Origin: an uncultured Holophagales bacterium | Lineage (GTDB): Bacteria; Acidobacteriota; Thermoanaerobaculia; Multivoradales; UBA5704 | Length of the DNA stretch: 64,000 nt | Assembly: GCA_963842525.1 (NCBI GenBank) | Contig: CAWJGT010000032.1 | Location: 124,800-188,799, forward strand | Direction: 5' to 3' | In this document: positions 40,391-55,543 of the stretch, in pieces | Position numbering within the stretch: position 1 is the first letter of the stretch | How the letters are laid out: each line of letters begins with the position of its first letter | Made by a program: the position numbers and the translations under genes | The notes under the pieces: model-generated | Databases searched by the model: none | What the model saw: the letters and a program-made list of their open reading frames with translations, nothing else | Told to the model about the DNA's origin: nothing

Positions 40391-41583
40391 ATGACCAGAC
40401 GGAAATTCCGTTTCCGTCCCTCGGACCTCCGTGGGATCAGCCTCCTCGCCGTCGAGGCCACCGCGGGCATGACCGACCTCGTGGAGGCCATGCACCACAA
40501 CATCGCCCGGATTCCGGGCCTCCCGGCACAACGTGCCACGCGCGGCATTACCGAGCTCGTTTACCGGAGCATCCGGGGGGTGACCCGGCTCGTGGGCGGC
40601 GGGCTGGACGCCATCCTCGCGCCGGCCGTTGCGAGGCTCGGCGAGGGGAGCTCGCCGCCCGGACGCGAAGCCCTGCTGGCCGCTCTCAACGGTGTGCTGG
40701 GCGACCATCTCGTCGCCTCCGGGAACCCGCTGGCCATCCCCATGCGGCTGCGCCGGGACGGACACCCCCTGGAACCCGGGCCGGCCCTGGCCGCGTCCAT
40801 CCCGCGGCCCAGCGGCAAGCTGATCGTATTGGCGCACGGCCTGTGCATGAACGATCTGCAATGGAACGAAAGGGGCACGACCACGGCGCCGCGCTCGCCC
40901 GCGACCTCGGCTACACGCCCGTCTATCTGCACTACAACAGCGGGCTCCACGTCTCCACGAATGGACGCGAGTTTGCCGCCCTGCTCGAGAGCCTGGTGAG
41001 CCATTGGCCGGTGCCGGTCGAGGAGCTCGCGATCCTCGGACACAGCATGGGTGGATTGGTGGCCCGCAGCGCTTGCCATTACGCGAGAGTCGCGGGCCAC
41101 GATTGGCCGCGGGTTCTGAAGCGTCTCGTCTTCCTCGGCACACCACACCACGGCTCGCCCCTGGAGCGCGGCGGCAACTGGGTGGACATCGTTCTGGGGA
41201 TCAGCCCCTACACGGCGCCGCTGGCTCGTCTCGGGAAGATCCGCAGCGCCGGCATCACCGACCTGCGCCACGGTAACCTGCTGGACGAGGACTGGGCAGA
41301 CCGTGACCGGTTCGAGCGTTCGGGAGATCCGCGGCAGCCGGTTCCCCTGCCCGAGGGCGTGGAGTGCTATGCGATGGCCGCCATGGCGAGAGAGGGCCTC
41401 GGCGACCCATGGCCCTGCGATGGGTTCGTATCTCCCGACAGCGCTCTAGGCCGCCATGAAGAGCCCGGCCTGACCTTGTCTTTGCCAGAGTCCCGGCGCT
41501 GGGTCCTCCACGGCATCCATCATTTCGACCTGCTCGGTCAGCCTGACGCCTACGAAAAGATCAAAGAGTGGATGTCATCATGA
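40391..41583 (+). CDS. PGAP1-like alpha/beta hydrolase (frameshift near 40880)
   Basis: ALNGVLGDHL, LAHGLCMND, YNSGLHVSTNG, GHSMGGL, LGTPHHGSPLE, HHFDLL. Confidence 0.82.
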
Positions 41584-41918
41584 GCCCTGTCCTGATCCCC
41601 GAAATAGGTGCTATGCGATTCTGGAGCCTTGACGGCAAGGGCTATCCCTCGCTGTCTGCTATGCGAAGGAACTGCGCCCAGTCGAGATCCGCCCAGGCTC
41701 GGCGAACCGACCAGCAGCAGCGCAATGACGATCTCGAATACCTTCATCTCGCGCCTGATTCTCGAGTCATCTCGATCATCGTACGCCGGAATCCCGCGCG
41801 AGCGAAAAGGAGCTGCGCGGACTCGTTCCGCTCTGCGTTTGCGTGTGCTCGGCATCTCGTCTGTCAAGGCCCGGGTTCGGGCGTCACTTGAAACGGCTCG
41901 CGAACACGGTGCCAGCGG

Positions 41919-42124
41919 GGCCTCACCCCCTGTCCCCCTCTCCCATCGCCCACCCTTCCACCGGGAGAGGGGGAACGTGGTTGGTGCTCTGAGGAGGTAG
42001 CTTGCCGGACCTCTTCAGAGATTCCCTCGTGAGAAAGCCTCGATCTCGCTTGCAGGCCCAGCTACGTCCCCCCCTCTCCCGGTCGGGGGGAGTGCAATGG
42101 GAGAGGGGGACAGGGGGTGAGGCC
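41919..42124. repeat. Palindromic REP family B copy
   Basis: GGCCTCACCCCCTGTCCCCCTCTCCCAT...ATGGGAGAGGGGGACAGGGGGTGAGGCC. Confidence 0.85.
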
Positions 42125-42145
42125 TTTGCGCGCTACAATCTAGCC

Positions 42146-44207
42146 ATGGCCGAAGCCCTCCGAACCCCCTCGCCCCTCCAGACCTTCACCTCCGCCTGTC
42201 CGCTGGACTGCCCGGACGCCTGCAGCCTGGATGTCCAGGTGCAGGACGGCCGGGTCGTCAAAGTCGACGGCGACCACCGCAACCCCTGGACCCACGGCTA
42301 CATCTGCGCCAAGGTCCGGCGCCTGCCCGAGCTGATGTATGGCGAAGGGCGCCTCCTCTATCCGGCGGTCCGCCGGGGCAGCAAAGGGGAGGGGCGGTTC
42401 GAGCGGGTCTCGTGGGACGAGGCGCTCGGCCTCGTGGTGGAGAAGATGCGCGAGGCTCGGGAGCGCTGGGGCGGCGAGTCGATCCTGCCTTTCTTCTATG
42501 GCGGCTCGAACGGGCTGCTCACCCAGGAGTTCGAACGACTTCCGGCTCTTCTATCGCCTGGGCGCCTCGCGCCTGGCCCGCACGGTCTGCGCCGCGCCGA
42601 CCGGCAAAGCGGCGACCGGCCTCTACGGCAAGATGCCCGGCGTGGCGCTGCCGGACTACGTCCATGCCCGCCTGATCGTCCTCTGGGGTGTGAACCCGTC
42701 GGCCTCGGGCATCCACCTCGTGCCGGTGATCCAGGAGGCGCAGCGCCGGGGAGCGCGGCTGGTGGTCGTCGATCCCCGCCGCACACCGCTCGCCAAGAAG
42801 GCCGACCTGCACCTCGCGCCACGGCCCGGGGGCGACCTGCCGATGGCGCTCGCCGTGATCCGCTGGCTTTTCGAAAACGAACGGGCCGATCTCGCCTTCC
42901 TGGCGGAGTACACCCACGGCGCCGACGAGCTGCGGCGGCGGGCCCTCCCCTGGACCTTCGAGCGGGCCGCCGAGGCGTCAGGCGTCCTGGCGGGAGACCT
43001 GGAGTGCTTCGCCCGGCTCTATGCCGACTCGTCGCCGGCCGTGATCCGTTCCGGCTGGGGCTACGAGCGGAACCGCAATGGCGGCTCGGCGGTGGCGTCC
43101 GTCCTCGCCCTGCCCGCCGTGGCCGGCAAGTTCGGCATCCGCGGAGGCGGCTACACCATGAGCAACTCCGGCGCCTACCCTGAGATCGATCGCGCCGCCG
43201 CCATCGCGGAACGCGAGCCGACGACCCGGATCGTCAACATGAACCGGCTCGGCGAGGTGCTGCTGGGGGAGCCCAGACAAGACTCCTTCTCTCCCGGTGC
43301 CGCCAACCTGCCTGTGAAGGTGCTCTTCTCCTACAACTGCAACCCGCTGGCGACCATCCCCAACCAGGAGAAGGTCCGGCGGGGACTGGCGCGAGAGGAT
43401 CTCTTCACCGTGGTCTTCGAGCAGGTATGGACCGACACCGCGCGCTGGGCCGACCTGGTCCTCCCGTCCACCACTTTCCTGGAGCACGACGAGATGTCGC
43501 GCGGCTACGGCTCCTACGTGGTGCACCGTTCGCGGGCGGTGGCGGACCCGGCCGGCGAGGCGCGGCCGAACTACGAGGTCTTCGGCGAGCTCCTCCGCCG
43601 GCTGGAGCTCGACCGTCCGGAAGATCCCGACGGCGCCGGCGGCATCACGGCCGCCGTCCTGCACCGTGCCGACCGGCTGCGCTCGGAGCTCGACGGTGGC
43701 GTCATGACTTTTCCGGACTGCGGCCAAACGCCGGTCCAGTTCGTGGACACCTTCCCCTTCACCCCGGACCGCAGGATACACCTCGTCCCCGAAGCGCTCG
43801 ACCGCGAAGCCCCGCACGGCCTCTACGGCTTCCGGGAAGACCCGGCGACGGACCGCTATCCCCTGGCGCTGATCTCTCCCTCGCTGGCGCGGACGATCAG
43901 CTCCACCTTCGGCGGCCTCTACCAGGACATCATTCCGCTGGAGATCCACCCGGACGACGCAGCCCGCCGCGGCATCGCCCACGGCGACACCGTCCGCATC
44001 TGGAACGACCTCGGGGAGGTGCGAACCCGCGCGCGCCTGAGCACCGACATGCGGCCCGGCGTGGTCTTCCTCCCCAAGGGGATCTGGAACCACAACACCC
44101 TCTCGGGCAACACGTCCAATGCCCTGTCGCCGGACACCTACACCGATTTGGGGCAGGGGGCGTGTTTCAATGATGCGCGGGTGGAGGTGGCGGTCGTCAA
44201 CCCCTAG
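42146..44207 (+). CDS. Molybdopterin oxidoreductase with N-terminal 4Fe-4S motif (frameshift near 42530)
   Basis: SACPLDCPDAC..ICAKV; LWGVNP, VVDPRRT, TARWADLVLP, EIHPDDAARRGI. Confidence 0.88.
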
Positions 44208-44408
44208 AGCCCCGCTAGGGGCGACCGGAATTAGCCCGGGATTTCAATCCCGGGAACCCAAGGTCCCCATTGACCCAAGCCCCGCCAGGGGCGACAGGGC
44301 GTTTGACCGGCAATCTCCTGTCGCCCCTGGCGGGGCTCGGGGGATTGTGGGATACGTCGATTCCCGGGATTGAAATCCCGGGCTAATTCATTCCGCCCCT
44401 GCGGGGCT
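44208..44408. mobile_element. REPIN/MITE: two inverted family A REPs with no transposase
   Basis: 44208-44298 matches 8648-8740; 44317-44408 matches 9272-9361. Confidence 0.85.
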
Positions 44409-44432
44409 GATTGTTCGCGATAAAATGCATTT

Positions 44433-47400
44433 GTGCCCGATCCCCAGACCTGGGACGTCTTCCTCTCCCACGGCAGCCCGGACAAGCCGTGGGTGGAGAC
44501 CCTCGCGTCCGAGCTGGAAGCCCTGGGCCTCCACGCGTTCCTTGACCGCCGCGAGATCGAGCCGGCCGACAGCTTTCCGCAGATCCTGAGCGACGGGCTG
44601 GCAAGTAGCCGCTTCCTGGTCCTGATCCTCTCGCCCCATTCCGGCCGTGCCTGGGTGAATCTGGAGTGGCAGTCGTACATCGCTCACCATGGCCCAATCG
44701 GCCGCGTCCTCCCCGTCCTTCTGGAGTCCACGGAGATCCCGGCGCTCCTGGCTTCGATCCAACGCATCGACGCCACCGATCACGACGCCGCCAGGGTGGC
44801 GGGGGAGATCGCCCGCCTCGCAGGCCGGCCCGGCCAGCTCAAGGAAGGGGACGCCCGCCGGCTCGTCCTCGGCCAGGATCTGCTCTTCAACATCTCGCGG
44901 GACGGCGACGAGCTGCGACTCACCGATCCGCTCGGGCACACGCGGACGGTGACGCCGCCCTGGCGCGTGGACAACCAGTTCGGGGTTGCTCTTCACTTCT
45001 TCGACCGTCTGACGCGCGAGCCGGTGACCACCGATGCGGACCGGGCCGATCTGGTAGCCCGCGCCACGACGCTGGGAAGCCTTCTCTTCGATCTCCTCTT
45101 CGACGAGGAGGGACGCGAGCGGCTGCGCCAGGCCATGGTGCCGGGCCGGCCCCGGCCGTTAATCACGATCCGCAGCGACGACGACCTCCTCCTCTCTTTG
45201 CCTTGGGAGCTGCTGTGGCACGACGGCTCCTTTCTGCTGCGGGACGCCCGGGTGGACCTGGCGCGCTCGACGCCGGGCGAGGTCGGTCCCGAGGCGCTGC
45301 TTTCTGCGCCGGCCGGTCCTCTCAAGCTCGTGGTCAACGTCTCTGCGCCGGAAGGGAGCGGGCTCGACTACGAGGGAGAGAGCTACCGCATCACCAAGGC
45401 ACTGTCCGAACAGTGCCGCTTCGTACCGACGGAGCTGGGCACGGTCGAGGATCTGGTCGAGACCGTGCGCGCCGAGAGCCCCACAGCCATTCACTTCTCC
45501 GGCCACGGTGCCCCCGGAGGCCTTGCCTTCGAAGACGAGGAAGGCCGGGAAGAGTCGGTGCGCATCGCTGACCTCATCACCAGGCTGCGCCAAAGGGTTG
45601 ACGGCAGTCTGCCCCCGCTCTTCTACCTGGCGAGCTGCCACGGCAACGACCCCGGAGCGACGGCCAAACCCGAGGAGGGGAAATCGGGCGCGGAGAGCTC
45701 GGCAGCCCGCCTGCATCGCGAGGGTGTGCCGCAGGTGGTGGGCTACTACGGCCCGATCGTGGACGAGCTCTCGACCCGTGCCGAGGTGGCTTTCTACCGT
45801 GCCCTCGCCGAGGGAGAGACGACCCGCTACGCCGTGCGGCAGGCGCGGGAGGCGCTGGCGGCCCCCTTCTGGTCGGCCCGTGCCGGGCACCGGCCCAGGG
45901 CTGTTGCCGAGTCCGGGGAGGCGCTGCGAGCCGGGACCGCCCCGGCCGTCGCCGAGGCGCCGCGCCACACCCACCCCTTCGCCTGGGCGCAACTCGTCTT
46001 CTATCACCGCGGACCAGACCACCCGCTGAGCCTCGCCACCGAGACGGGCGTACGCCCGCACGAGCCGGTTCTCCAGAGGACCTTCGAAGGGATCGGTGAC
46101 CGGCGGGTCCTCACCACTGGCTTCATCGGCCGCCGCGCCGAGCTTCATCGCGTCCGGCGCTGGATTCGAGAAGGCCGCCGGGTCTTCGTCTTCCAGGGCC
46201 TGGGCGGTCTCGGCAAGAGCACGCTGGCCTTCCACGCCATCCCCCTGCTCCTGCGCGGTGAAGGCGTGGCCATCACCCTCTGGTGCCAGGAGGTGGAGCA
46301 GCGGCCGGACCGTGCCCAGGCGCTGACCAGCCAGCTCCTCGATTTCTGCCGCAAGAGCTTCGGCGTCGAGTGGGAGCCGGTCGTCCATCAGGTGGACCGA
46401 GTGGCCGGCGATGACCCAGTACAGCGTTTCGCGCTCTTCCTCCAGGTCCTGCTCCAGAGCCTCCCGCGGCTGGTGCTCTACCTGGACAACCTGGAGTCGC
46501 TCCTCGTCGGCCCCAAGGACGCCGAGGCGGAGAACGACGAAACCATCCTCGGACAATGGGCATCGGAAGACCTCGGCCGCCTTTGGCAGACCCTCACCGA
46601 GCTGGCCCGTGACAGCGACCGGCTCTATCTGGTGGCGAGCTGCCGCTACCGCAACGAGGATTTCACTGGGTCCCTGCTGCCGATCTCGCCGCTACCGCCC
46701 GACGCCCTCTACCGTCTCATGGGCTGGTTCCCGGCGCTGCGCCGGCTGAGCGGTCCGAGCCGGGTGCGGCTCGTCGGCCGCCTCGCCGGCCATCCACGGG
46801 CGGTGGAGTACTGCAACGACCTGCTCGCCCACGCCTTGGCCGAAAGGGAAGACCGAGGTGCTCCCTGGCGCCTTCCCGAAGACCCCACGGAAGCCGACCT
46901 TGAACGCGAGTGGGCGGAGCTGATGGAGCCGGTGCTGCCCCGGGTCCGGGACAAGCTGTGGGCGAATCTGCTCCTGGCCGAGATCTGGGACCGGGTCCTC
47001 GACGACCGGGCACGCCGCATGCTCTATCGCATGACTCTGCTGCGCAGTCCCTGGGAATGGAAGCTCGCCGCCGTGCTTGGGGAGGAAGGGGGAGGAGAGG
47101 AGGTGGCCCTCACGACCGCGGAGAGGCTGCGTAGAACTTCGCTGCTGGAGACGGTCGAACTGCTCGTCCGGACAGCCGAGCGCGAGAACGCTCCCGTGCG
47201 CCACTTCACCCTCCACCCCACCACTGCGCAGTTCGTCCATAGCCGTTTCGGCGACGACGAGCTGCTCCGCCAGGCCGCGCACCGGCGGCTCGGAGATTAC
47301 CTGGAAGTGGAGGCACGAACCTCTCTCGTCATTACGGTGGACATCGAAGCCGGACACCACCTCTTTCAGGCCGGCGAGTATGAACGAGCCTCTAAGCAAC

Positions 47401-48284
47401 TGGGCTCGGCCTCGGTCTGGCTGCAACAGCATGGCCGATTCCGGGAAGGGCTGCAGATCCTCGCGCCTTTTCTCGATGGCCAAGTCCGAAAGGCCATGAC
47501 ACCCCAGTCAGTGGGGAGCCTGCTGGCCACGGTTGGTCTGGCCTACTTTCATTTGGGAGAAGTGGAGAAGGCCATCGAGTATCACGAGCAGGCGCTGATG
47601 ATTGCTCGCGAGATCGGAGACCGGCATGGGGAGGGAGCGGATCTGGGGAACCTTGGCCTAGGCTATGCTAGTTTGGGCGAGATGGAGAAAGCCATCGAGT
47701 ACTACGAACAAGGTCTGTTGATCAATCGCGAGATCGGGGACCGCCGGGGCGAGGGCGGTGCTCTGGGGAACCTGGGTGCTGCCTACCATCGGCTAGGCGA
47801 GATGGAGAAGGCCATCGGGTACTACGGGCAGGCGCTGGTAATCGATCGCGAGATCGGAGACCGTTGGGGAGAGGGCGCCGCTCTGAGAAGCCTGGGCTTG
47901 GCCTACGGCGTTTTAGGTGAGTTGGAGAAGGCCATCGGATACTATAAGCAGGCGCTGTTGATCGCGCGCGAAGTCGGAGACCGCGCGGGGGAGGGTAATG
48001 CTCTAGGGGGCTTAGGTTCTGCCTACTACTACCTCGGTGAGTTGGAGAAGGCCATTGGCTACTTTGAGCAGCAAGTGGTCATCGATCGCGAGATAGAAAA
48101 CCGGCAGGGGGAGGGCAAGGCCCTATTGAATATGGGTGTCATCTACACGAACTTCGGGGAGACAGCGAAGGCAGTTGCGCTGCTGGAGCAGGCCCTTCAG
48201 ATCGGCCGGGCGATCAAGGACCCTCAGATCGTTCGAGTCACCACCGACGCATTGGCCGACCTGCGTGGCCCCGCCCGGGCATGA
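44433..48284 (+). CDS. TIR - CHAT - STAND NTPase - TPR protein (NLR-like)
   Basis: TIR WDVFLSH..WVNLEW; CHAT LPWELL, IHFSGHG, YLASCHG; Walker A GLGGLGKST, Walker B LYLDNLE, GHPRA; 40-aa TPR repeats. Confidence 0.92.
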   Translation: MPDPQTWDVFLSHGSPDKPWVETLASELEALGLHAFLDRREIEPADSFPQILSDGLASSRFLVLILSPHSGRAWVNLEWQSYIAHHGPIGRVLPVLLESTEIPALLASIQRIDATDHDAARVAGEIARLAGRPGQLKEGDARRLVLGQDLLFNISRDGDELRLTDPLGHTRTVTPPWRVDNQFGVALHFFDRLTREPVTTDADRADLVARATTLGSLLFDLLFDEEGRERLRQAMVPGRPRPLITIRSDDDLLLSLPWELLWHDGSFLLRDARVDLARSTPGEVGPEALLSAPAGPLKLVVNVSAPEGSGLDYEGESYRITKALSEQCRFVPTELGTVEDLVETVRAESPTAIHFSGHGAPGGLAFEDEEGREESVRIADLITRLRQRVDGSLPPLFYLASCHGNDPGATAKPEEGKSGAESSAARLHREGVPQVVGYYGPIVDELSTRAEVAFYRALAEGETTRYAVRQAREALAAPFWSARAGHRPRAVAESGEALRAGTAPAVAEAPRHTHPFAWAQLVFYHRGPDHPLSLATETGVRPHEPVLQRTFEGIGDRRVLTTGFIGRRAELHRVRRWIREGRRVFVFQGLGGLGKSTLAFHAIPLLLRGEGVAITLWCQEVEQRPDRAQALTSQLLDFCRKSFGVEWEPVVHQVDRVAGDDPVQRFALFLQVLLQSLPRLVLYLDNLESLLVGPKDAEAENDETILGQWASEDLGRLWQTLTELARDSDRLYLVASCRYRNEDFTGSLLPISPLPPDALYRLMGWFPALRRLSGPSRVRLVGRLAGHPRAVEYCNDLLAHALAEREDRGAPWRLPEDPTEADLEREWAELMEPVLPRVRDKLWANLLLAEIWDRVLDDRARRMLYRMTLLRSPWEWKLAAVLGEEGGGEEVALTTAERLRRTSLLETVELLVRTAERENAPVRHFTLHPTTAQFVHSRFGDDELLRQAAHRRLGDYLEVEARTSLVITVDIEAGHHLFQAGEYERASKQLGSASVWLQQHGRFREGLQILAPFLDGQVRKAMTPQSVGSLLATVGLAYFHLGEVEKAIEYHEQALMIAREIGDRHGEGADLGNLGLGYASLGEMEKAIEYYEQGLLINREIGDRRGEGGALGNLGAAYHRLGEMEKAIGYYGQALVIDREIGDRWGEGAALRSLGLAYGVLGELEKAIGYYKQALLIAREVGDRAGEGNALGGLGSAYYYLGELEKAIGYFEQQVVIDREIENRQGEGKALLNMGVIYTNFGETAKAVALLEQALQIGRAIKDPQIVRVTTDALADLRGPARA

Positions 48285-48379
48285 ATGCCCGGGCTAGGAA
48301 CGGCGCCGGGTGAACCCGGCTTGAAGCCCCATTCATGGGGAGCTGTGGCTAGCCCGGCGATTCATCGCCGGGCGGGGCC
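48267..48379. repeat. REP family A-related palindromic element supplying the stop codon of the NLR-like gene
   Basis: GGCCCCGCCCGGGCATGAATGCCCGGGCTA...TAGCCCGGCGATTCATCGCCGGGCGGGGCC. Confidence 0.7.
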
Positions 48380-48385
48380 GCGGGT

Positions 48386-48445
48386 CCTCACCCCCTGGCC
48401 CCCTCTCCCGTCTCCCTACCGCCCGATCCCCGGGAGAGGGGGAAC
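48386..48445 (+). repeat. Half copy of REP family B
   Basis: CCTCACCCCCTGGCCCCCTCTCCC...GGGAGAGGGGGAAC. Confidence 0.7.
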
Positions 48446-48562
48446 GCGGTTCGGCACCTGAGGCGAGGTCGGAGCCCTGCGCCTCGAAATGCGCTGACAT
48501 CGGGCTCGCCACGAACGCCACAGCAACGTCCCCCCTCGCCCAGCGGGGGTGGAAATCCCTGG

Positions 48563-49069
48563 TCACGGGAGCTCATCGAAAAGCTTACGAAGATAGGCCC
48601 GAAACGCCCGGCTGAGATGGAGAGTGCTGGCTGTAAAGAGAGCTTCGAGAGCCTCGTCCAGGTCTCTTCGGTTCAGCAGGCCTGACGCGTACGCCTTGAC
48701 GAGAATTCCCACGGAGCCCACGACGGTAGCCCCGCGGTCCTCCAAGAGCTTTCGCAAGGGAAGATCGTCCGTGAGGGCAAGTGCTCGGAAGCTGCTGGCG
48801 CGAACGAGCGCGAAAACCTGGGCATCCGCGGCCTGGATCTGAGCGAACTCCGGGGTGAGGAGGATCTCCCTCCAGACCGCTTCGCTGACCGGCACGATCG
48901 TGCAGTCAACACCCGCGTCCTCCAAATCGGCGGACCTGATGGAGCGAGCCTCCAACTCGCCGTACACCAGGTCAGGGATCGTGAGAGGAGAAACGGACGC
49001 GAGGAGCGGAAGCCGACCGATTTCATGCAGGTGGAGAATCGGTCCGGTGTCCGAGATGGTCTCAGGCAC
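48563..49069 (-). CDS. PIN-domain (DUF3368-like) toxin
   Basis: ISDTGPILHL..IPDLVYGEL..ADAQV..LTDD..GSVGIL. Confidence 0.8.
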   Translation of the reverse strand: MPETISDTGPILHLHEIGRLPLLASVSPLTIPDLVYGELEARSIRSADLEDAGVDCTIVPVSEAVWREILLTPEFAQIQAADAQVFALVRASSFRALALTDDLPLRKLLEDRGATVVGSVGILVKAYASGLLNRRDLDEALEALFTASTLHLSRAFRAYLRKLFDELP

Positions 49070-49319
49070 CCCTCAGGCCCCACTCGATATCGCGCCGCAG
49101 CACGTCGCGCTGGAGCTCGATCTCGGTGAGCTGCTCGGGACCGAGCTCGCGCAGGATCTCTTCCCGCGGTACGCGACCGAGCAAGAACGCCGCAACCAAG
49201 GCCTCGCGATAGAGAGCCTCGATCCCGGCGCGCAAGGCTCGGGTGAGCACTGTAGCCTCATCCTCCCCGCATTCCTCCACCAGGAACTCGAGGTAATGGG
49301 AAAGCGCTTTGTCCTTCAT
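49062..49319 (-). CDS. Small antitoxin-like protein
   Basis: About 85 aa, overlaps the PIN gene; ends DIEWGLRG. Confidence 0.65.
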   Translation of the reverse strand: MKDKALSHYLEFLVEECGEDEATVLTRALRAGIEALYREALVAAFLLGRVPREEILRELGPEQLTEIELQRDVLRRDIEWGLRGA

Positions 49320-49393
49320 CGTCTTCACCAAGGGAAACCTCCCTGCTGGCAAAAGTGTATCAACTTCAGGATAACCGGGCCAAGCGTGACCCC

Positions 49394-49894
49394 CTACCCC
49401 TCCTCCACCCTCTTCCGCACATACCGCGCTTCCACGTGGGGACGGCCTGGCTGGTAGACGTGGAGCTGGCCCTTCTGCACCATGCGCCGCAGGGCGATGG
49501 AGACGAGGCGCCGGTTGGTCGGACGGCGCAGCCTCTTGCCGAAACGGCGGTTGACCTCCGCGGTGACCCAGGCGGGGACGAAGACCAGGCCCGGTTCGAG
49601 GTCCTGGAGGACCCGCTGGACCAGGAGGGGCAGCGGCGGCCGGCCTGCGACGCCGGGATCTTCGTCTCCCTCCGGCACTGTCGGGAGGAGGGCCGCGACG
49701 TCCACCGCTTCGATGGCGGAGGCTTTGAAGGCCTGGTGGCGCCGGGTCAGATCCTCGAGCTCGGCGCCCAGGGCGGTCCGCTGCTCGCGGTGGAAGGCTT
49801 CCTGCTGGGCATGGAACGCCTCCTTGTCCCGCACGGCGGCGATCTGCGTTTCAAGGCGCATGAGGACGTCGGCGATGGATAGATGCGAGCTCAT
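49394..49894 (-). CDS. Hypothetical coiled-coil plus winged-helix protein
   Basis: GGAGGTGAG RBS; coiled coil then VTAEVNRRFG..VSIALRRM..GRPHVEARY. Confidence 0.65.
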   Translation of the reverse strand: MSSHLSIADVLMRLETQIAAVRDKEAFHAQQEAFHREQRTALGAELEDLTRRHQAFKASAIEAVDVAALLPTVPEGDEDPGVAGRPPLPLLVQRVLQDLEPGLVFVPAWVTAEVNRRFGKRLRRPTNRRLVSIALRRMVQKGQLHVYQPGRPHVEARYVRKRVEEG

Positions 49895-50207
49895 CTCACC
49901 TCCGGGATGCTGCAACCGTTGCTCGGACGGCTGCCGCGTCCTGCAAAGGTGCTGCGAAACGACTCTGAGCGTGGCCTGCGCGCGGGCCGTGCGCTCATTC
50001 TATCCCGCGAACGCCCCCCGCGGATGCCCGTTCTCGCGCCGCGCGGGGTCGTGCAGGATGCGAAGTCGGGTGAGGCGCTGCGACTCGACCGTGCGCGGCT
50101 GATGCTCACCCCCAATTTGCATCGCCATGGCCGTACGCGGGCCCATTTCGGCCATGTTTCGCATCATGAGAAGGACGTGTCGAAGCCGCAGCCGGCTGTG
50201 GCGCAGA

Positions 50208-55269
<5,062 letters not shown>

Positions 55270-55543
55270 GGCGGGCTGGGGACCGGCTGGTGGCCGTCAC
55301 CCGGATTTGTGAGGATGGCGCACAGTTGACGGTTGGTCAACCTCGCCGGCCCATCCGGTGCAGCCCTCGCCCAGGGTTCACACCCTGGGCTACCGAACCC
55401 GGAAATCTCTGGTCTGCCATCCACGGTTCGCCTCCTTGCCGCCGTGCTACCATCCTGCCCTCTGGTTGCATGAAGCCATGCCGGGCCCTCGCGCACCGGC
55501 CGGTACCGGCTGCGCGTGACGGCCCTTTCTGAGGAGCTCACCG

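Noticed and set aside
41700-41747. Minus-strand MKVFEIVIALLLVG resembling the start of a cation/proton antiporter
   Set aside because: Only about 14 residues; too short to support a feature call
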